From Amoebidium appalachense (Eukaryota > Protista > Ichthyosporea), in contig CAVNZM010000003.1 in NCBI GenBank assembly GCA_963693365.1, forward strand, positions 12,925,252 to 12,989,251: DNA of 64,000 nucleotides, written 5' to 3'. The notes below the pieces were generated by a model. The model made no database searches, was not told the DNA's origin, and saw nothing but the letters and a program-made list of their open reading frames with translations. The position numbers were made by a program, and so were the translations under genes. Below are positions 58,658 to 64,000 of this stretch, one piece after another; position 1 is the first letter of the stretch, and each line of letters opens with the position of its first letter.

Positions 58658-59449
58658 ATGAGTGCTCCCTATCCTGTTCCATCACAGTCTGCTAGGCAGA
58701 CTACAAGTGCAGTGTTGGGCAATGGGGTGCGCAGCAACACCGGGCTGGTGCCTGTAGGATACATCCTCAGATGCTACTCTCGTTGGCTGAAACGTGTCTC
58801 CAGATTTCTGGAGAAGCACGGATTTGAGCCCGTCAGCACCTCAACTGACCGTACCGTGTGCATTCATGAGACCGAAATTCCTGTCCTGCACTGCGTCCTA
58901 AACCTGCTGAATCATGGTGTAAAGGGTGCTCATGCGTCATGGGTGAGGGGCCTGCCCGGCAACACCGTGCTGCCGAGGGTAGATGTCGCTGGGCCTGGGC
59001 CTTCCAGCCAAGAGTCGCTTGAAGATCCCAGCAGCCGCGAAACCATGTACATGGGCAACAACAGCGGTCACAGTGGCACGGAAAGCCGGGAGAACAGTGA
59101 CATTGAGTACCTGCGGTGCATATCTGTGGTTGAGGTGCTAAATTCTGCGGTGTCTGGGCCGCGTGTTCTGGACGACACCACCTCCTACTCCTTCCTGCAG
59201 GCGTTGGTTGCTCTCGGCGTTTCTCCGCGATCCCTGACCAACGACGCATTCAACCGGGTGGAGAACAAAGTGCGCTGGCGCACGTTGCTGGATAACGCAC
59301 CTCGACGCATGGTGGCTGGGGGCCAGTTCGCCTTCAACCCTAAGACGCTGCGCATGTTCCTGGCCCAGTACGCCCGAGAGCTTCCCCCCAAAGTGTTCGT
59401 GGAGGAGGGTTATCAGCTGCACCACGTCATTAAAATTGCACACGTGTAG
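58658..59449 (+). CDS. Hypothetical protein
   Basis: Long ORF convergent with the Bro-like gene; start uncertain. Confidence 0.55.
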   Translation: MSAPYPVPSQSARQTTSAVLGNGVRSNTGLVPVGYILRCYSRWLKRVSRFLEKHGFEPVSTSTDRTVCIHETEIPVLHCVLNLLNHGVKGAHASWVRGLPGNTVLPRVDVAGPGPSSQESLEDPSSRETMYMGNNSGHSGTESRENSDIEYLRCISVVEVLNSAVSGPRVLDDTTSYSFLQALVALGVSPRSLTNDAFNRVENKVRWRTLLDNAPRRMVAGGQFAFNPKTLRMFLAQYARELPPKVFVEEGYQLHHVIKIAHV

Positions 59450-60805
59450 GGCACCTTGAAACACAGATCGCATCCACTCGGATGTGTGGTGGAAAATGGT
59501 GTATGCCTCTTGCGTTGTCATCTCGGTGCAATGACGAATCTCGTGGCCCCAGCCATGACGGATGCGTATCTTGAGCGCCGCCTGAATCTTGGTGCGCGCA
59601 GTCACAATGCTGACAAGGCCTTGTTTTTTCTTGAGTATGTTGACATTGAGCACATCGGCGGCAAACTTGGTGACCATGTAGGCAGGGCCCGCCGTCTTGT
59701 TTTCAAACAGGGCATTTGCCACGCTGTTTGCGTACCCCAGTATGCGCCCACGCAGGACCTCGCAGCCAGGGCTCATGGCCGAGTCTGTGTAGTGCTCAGG
59801 CAGAATGCGACTGTTGATGGTGGTGGGGTCTGACTCAAAGCGCTCCACGAGGCGCCCAATGGCGGCGTCGCGCAGGGCAATCGTCTTGCGAGTATCCACG
59901 AGGCACATGCGCTGGTCCTCAATAAGCTGCCGCTGCTCCTGCAGGACGTTGTTCATGTTGCCCAGCAGCATTTTGAAGAACTGTGCACTCTCACCCTCGC
60001 TGCCACCGACCGCAACCGACTCCACGTATTCTCCAAACAGACGGGCCCCGCTGCCCTCGGGGAGAGACTCCTGGATGCGGCGATTGGCCCGTACCTCCTC
60101 TACAAGGGTCTCGTCACCGCCCAGGTAGCGCACGACCAGCTCGGCAGCAGCGGACGTGAATGCGGCAACCTTGGGGCCGGTGAGAGCCAGGATGATGCGG
60201 ACTAGGCCCTTTGCATCGGTAACCGGTCTTCTCTCTCGTTGATCACAGTTGTATTCACTTGTTACTACTGTGATCAGATCTGGATTCTGAACCATGACGT
60301 CATCATATTTCTTGCGGGGGTTGGTGTAGCCAATCGCAGCCAGCACGTCGTAGATATCGGCCTTCCTGGGCACGGTGTTGGTGCAGCGGATGGTCTTGCC
60401 GCTCCAGTCACCCCCGCCTTCTCCAAACTTGAACAGCGTCAGTGCGAGCCCGTCTCCTTCCATGTCCATGCCTGGCACCGCAGATGGCAGCTGCCGCATG
60501 GCCTCACTCAACCTCTTGACATCGGCCACCTTGTAGGTTAAAATGCTGTCGTTGCAGAGCACACTCCGCACCGTCGAGTCGTGCACCTGCTCGCGCAGGC
60601 GCACCAGCGTAAGGGTCTTGCCAGACGGGAGGGTGCGGGTGTCCTGGGCGACGATGCCAAAGCGCTTGGTGTTGGCGAGGGCAGCAGCAGCACGCTCATG
60701 CAGGTCGGGGTAGTCTCCCAGCAGGGCCCAGTGGCGCACACGGGAACGGCCAGGCTCGAGGAGCAGGGCCTGGATGGTGTCCTCGTTGGAAACAGCTTAT
60801 GGCAT
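59138..60805 (-). pseudogene. Bro-N-like DNA-binding protein with an in-frame TAA at codon 3
   Basis: IRCT...ADIYDVLAAIGYTNPRKKY...RPVTDAKGLVRIILALTGPKVAAF...RYLGGDETLVEEV. ATG CCA TAA GCT at 60805 is in frame. The true C-terminal end is uncertain because it overlaps the + ORF. Confidence 0.7.
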
Positions 60806-61058
60806 TTATAACATTTCTAACCAACAATGACAATATATTCTCAGTGGACACTGCAATTGTGCATTTGTGTAAAAAGCTTTCAACGACCACATACATGACA
60901 AAATGCAGTCCATGTCACCGGTTTGACATGGCCAGCCACACACAAACTACAATAAACATGGCCATATCTACGGAGTGAAACTGGCCAATTTTGCAACTTT
61001 TGGATGTTGTCAGAAAAATAATCAGGGCATATGTAAAGAGTCGCTGGTTGATGCTGCT

Positions 61059-61781
61059 ATGGGCGGACACAGGTACTCCCCGGGCACACCCGAGGACGCA
61101 AAGTATGTCCCAGCCGGCGTCGTCAGGGAGCGGCTTGGTGTCACCACTGCCACTCTCAGACGGTGGGCAGACACCAGGAGGATTGGCTCCGTTCGGACCC
61201 CGGCAAACACCCGTCTGTACCTCTGGAATGACGTGGCAAAGCTATCGGGGAGTGAAGAGACCGCACCCAGACGAAGAGCCCACATTGCCTATGCACGGGT
61301 CTCCTCTGCAAAGCAGAAAGGGGACCTCCAGCGACAGATTGACTTTATCCGTGCACGGTATCCCAGTCACGAGGTCATCTCGGATGTCGGGAGTGGTGTC
61401 AACTTTAAGAGGCGAGGCCTGTTGTCCCTTTTGGAACGTGCAAGCGAGGGAGCTGTCGCAGAGGTTGTGGTTACCTACAAAGACCGACTCTGCAGACTCG
61501 CCGGCGACCTTCTCTGGTGGCTCCTTGAGCGATATGGCGTCAAGGTCGTGGTTCTCTGTGGTAGTGACGGCCCCGACCATGAAGAGCTCGCGGAAGACCT
61601 CATTGCTGTCACCACCCATTTCATCTGTAAACATCACGGACGTCGCAAGTATGGAAAGCACCAAACTGGCCAAAAGAGACGCCGCAAACCACACAAAGCG
61701 CCTGAAGACGACCGCCAGCAAGCGGGTGACCAAGAAGATGAAGGCCAGGGAGACACGGCCTTCGACGCTGGAGGATTATGA
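61059..61781 (+). CDS. tnpA: IS607 serine recombinase (N-terminal HTH)
   Basis: LGVTTATLRRW; YARVSSAKQKGDLQRQ; DVGSGVNFKRRGL; YKDRLCR; ELAEDL. Confidence 0.95.
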   Translation: MGGHRYSPGTPEDAKYVPAGVVRERLGVTTATLRRWADTRRIGSVRTPANTRLYLWNDVAKLSGSEETAPRRRAHIAYARVSSAKQKGDLQRQIDFIRARYPSHEVISDVGSGVNFKRRGLLSLLERASEGAVAEVVVTYKDRLCRLAGDLLWWLLERYGVKVVVLCGSDGPDHEELAEDLIAVTTHFICKHHGRRKYGKHQTGQKRRRKPHKAPEDDRQQAGDQEDEGQGDTAFDAGGL

Positions 61782-63042
61782 GGCTATGGGGGTGGATGTG
61801 GCATCTCTCAAAGCCAATGCAGAGGGGCTGACACGGTGCCGGTCCATACGTCTACACCCCACCAAAGCGCAGATGTTGTGGCTGCGAAAGACGTTTGGTG
61901 TCGTTCGCAAAATATTCAATCAGTGTGTGGGGTTGTTTGCCGAGACCGGCGAGATTAACAGAACGGTGTTTCGAAAGCGATTTGTCAACAACACCACCAT
62001 CCCACACACAGAGGAGTACAAGACAGAAGTGCCCAGCCTTGTACGCCAGGATGCCGTAGACCAGTTCCTGTGGGCAGTTAAATCACAGCGAGCAAAGCGC
62101 AGATATGCGGCCGGCAGAGCACCCGGACGACCAATAGTGGTGCGCTTTCGCAGCAAGAAGTGGGGCGACCAGTCGATCCTTGCTCCTCGTGCACTCCTCA
62201 AGGTAGCCGATGGGTGTGTAGTGTTTACCCCACGCAGGTGTCCGGATGGAGGCCGGCTTAAGGCGGCAGAGCCGTTGACAATGACTGAAGTTACAGGTGA
62301 CTGTCGCATGGTTTTGACACAGGATGGCAGAGTGTATCTACGAGTCACCACCAGCAAGCCCAGGGGCGACAACCAAGCCCCTCGTGGTGCTGCTGGCGAC
62401 CAAGCTCCTCCACGGGTATGCTCACTCGATCCCGGTGTGCGCACCTTCCAGACAGTGTACGACCCTGCCTCCAGTACTGCAGTCCATGTGTGCAGAGGCG
62501 ACATAGGCCGTATTTGCCGTCTACTCAAGCACATGGACACGTTGCAAGCCAGGGCTGCCAGCAAAGAAGTGGGGCACAAGCGGCGTCGCAGGATGAAGCG
62601 GGCACTTGTGCGCATGCGCCGCCGCGTGCAAAACCTTCAAATGGACGCCCACTGGAAGACAGCAGGCTGGCTGACAGATGCATATGACGTGATTGTGCTT
62701 CCATGGGTGGACACCACACGGATGACCATGAAGTCCACAAGAAAGCTCTCAAGCAAGGCCGTCAGAGCCATGGCCGGCTGGGCACACGGCAAGTTCCGGG
62801 AACGCCTTGTGTACAAGGCCGAGGAAAAGGGCAAGACCGTCGTGTTTGTGGGCGAGCAATACACAAGCAAGACGTGTGGGCATTGTGGCGCCATCAAGAC
62901 AAACCTGGGAGGGAGCAAGGTGTACAACTGTGCTGCTTGTGGCACAGTCTGTGACCGCGACATCAACGGGGCAAGAAACATCCTTCTACGTTCTTGCTCC
63001 CAGCGGCTGGGTACCCCCCAGCCTTTGCCTGTACCGGCCTAA
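61105..63042 (+). CDS. tnpB: Fanzor2/TnpB RNA-guided nuclease (start codon uncertain)
   Basis: IRLHPTKAQ; SLDPGVRTF (RuvC-I); IVLP where canonical TnpB has Glu; EQYTSKTCGHCG...CAACG; DRDINGARNI. Confidence 0.92.
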   Translation: MSQPASSGSGLVSPLPLSDGGQTPGGLAPFGPRQTPVCTSGMTWQSYRGVKRPHPDEEPTLPMHGSPLQSRKGTSSDRLTLSVHGIPVTRSSRMSGVVSTLRGEACCPFWNVQARELSQRLWLPTKTDSADSPATFSGGSLSDMASRSWFSVVVTAPTMKSSRKTSLLSPPISSVNITDVASMESTKLAKRDAANHTKRLKTTASKRVTKKMKARETRPSTLEDYEAMGVDVASLKANAEGLTRCRSIRLHPTKAQMLWLRKTFGVVRKIFNQCVGLFAETGEINRTVFRKRFVNNTTIPHTEEYKTEVPSLVRQDAVDQFLWAVKSQRAKRRYAAGRAPGRPIVVRFRSKKWGDQSILAPRALLKVADGCVVFTPRRCPDGGRLKAAEPLTMTEVTGDCRMVLTQDGRVYLRVTTSKPRGDNQAPRGAAGDQAPPRVCSLDPGVRTFQTVYDPASSTAVHVCRGDIGRICRLLKHMDTLQARAASKEVGHKRRRRMKRALVRMRRRVQNLQMDAHWKTAGWLTDAYDVIVLPWVDTTRMTMKSTRKLSSKAVRAMAGWAHGKFRERLVYKAEEKGKTVVFVGEQYTSKTCGHCGAIKTNLGGSKVYNCAACGTVCDRDINGARNILLRSCSQRLGTPQPLPVPA

Positions 63043-63171
63043 TGCTGGCGGACATCGAAGCATGGCTCTAGACGCTCTGTAGGGTTCTATAGGGTTGTTT
63101 ATTGTTATGTATAGATGTCATGCTAAACGGTATCAGTGCTTGCATTGTTGATTTCCAGGTTGACGTTGTTG

Positions 63172-63208
<37 letters not shown>

Positions 63209-63654
63209 TGGGCTGCTATGTTGTACATTGAGGCAGCAAATGTGCTGGTACGGCTTTTATATACACCATATGCTCGATAAAAGCGCCATAACGTCCACGG
63301 AGACCTTGTGAGTGCTGCCGACCATGTGGACGTTTTGGTGCTCTTTATGCCCCCACCAGGACCAATAAAACCTTTCCTCTATGGTAGAGAGGAAAGTAGT
63401 GATGTCATTTGACACATTATGGGCCAATTAGAAAGTACCTCTCTGGTAGAGGAACTTTTTTGATTGAATAGACGGCCTTTATTGCATGCCAAAAAAAGCC
63501 AATAACGTCCACAGAGGCTTTCTGGGTGCTAACGTCCTCATTGGCGCTTTTGTGCAGGGTGGCTTTTTGGATGTTGAATGGATTTCAATTTTCATTGGCA
63601 AACCCCGCTGAGTTGTGTGCATGCGGCAAAGGCCATATCATTACTCCCATTGGT

Positions 63655-63742
63655 CTCTCCCCCCCCCTCCCCCCCCCCCCTCCCCCCCCCCCCCCCCCCC
63701 CCCTCCCCTCCCACCCCTCTCTCCCTCTCCTCTCTCTCTCCC

Positions 63743-63797
<55 letters not shown>

Positions 63798-63818
63798 CCT
63801 CCCTCCCTCCCTCCCTCC

Positions 63819-63901
<83 letters not shown>

Positions 63902-64000
63902 CCTCCCTCCCTCCCTCCCTCCCTCCCCCTCTCTCTCTCTCTCTCTCTCCCTCCCTCCCTCCCTCCCTCCCTCCCTCCCTTTCTTCCTCTCTCTCTCTCT
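63655..64000. repeat. Poly-C/(CT)n/(CCCT)n simple repeat
   Basis: Direct sequence. Confidence 0.95.

Larger units (their letters stand above)
60970..63160 (+). mobile_element. IS607-like element (TnpA plus Fanzor2/TnpB); ends approximate
   Basis: Serine recombinase overlapping a RuvC nuclease; no TIR or TSD seen, as expected for IS607. Confidence 0.85.

Noticed and set aside
60975-63042. Bacterial contamination (IS607, Dam, PhoD)
   Set aside because: These genes are contiguous with eukaryotic TEs, introns and microsatellites, and the nuclease has Fanzor2-type features.

Overview
Eukaryotic genomic DNA carrying a large endogenized giant-virus (Nucleocytoviricota-like) region that has been invaded by transposons. 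1-2073 is a spliced, host-style F-box/LRR gene. From about 2.4 kb onward lies a dense, almost intron-free gene set: SWIB, cyclin, PhoD, a fibre protein, A22/RuvC resolvase, papain protease, Dam-type methylase, SET, a Polinton-type DDE integrase, HNH-AP2, Erv1, Vps62, an AEP-SF2 primase-helicase, two Bro-like proteins, Nudix, A32 packaging ATPase and D5 helicase. No major capsid protein or PolB is visible in this window. Two young copia LTR elements (one splitting phoD) and an APE-type LINE (splitting a viral ORF) have clean TSDs, and an IS607 TnpA plus Fanzor2/TnpB element lies near the right end. The most notable observations are: a phase-0 spliceosomal intron in D5; a 97-bp palindromic array with flanking direct repeats around the primase-helicase (candidate origin); a recurrent T-tract...AG motif just upstream of many viral ATGs; the stand-alone integrase; a long-range RNA complementarity in the LINE; and copia PBSs altered exactly at the anticodon-pairing triplet. 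All family calls come from recognising motifs by eye; no searches were run.
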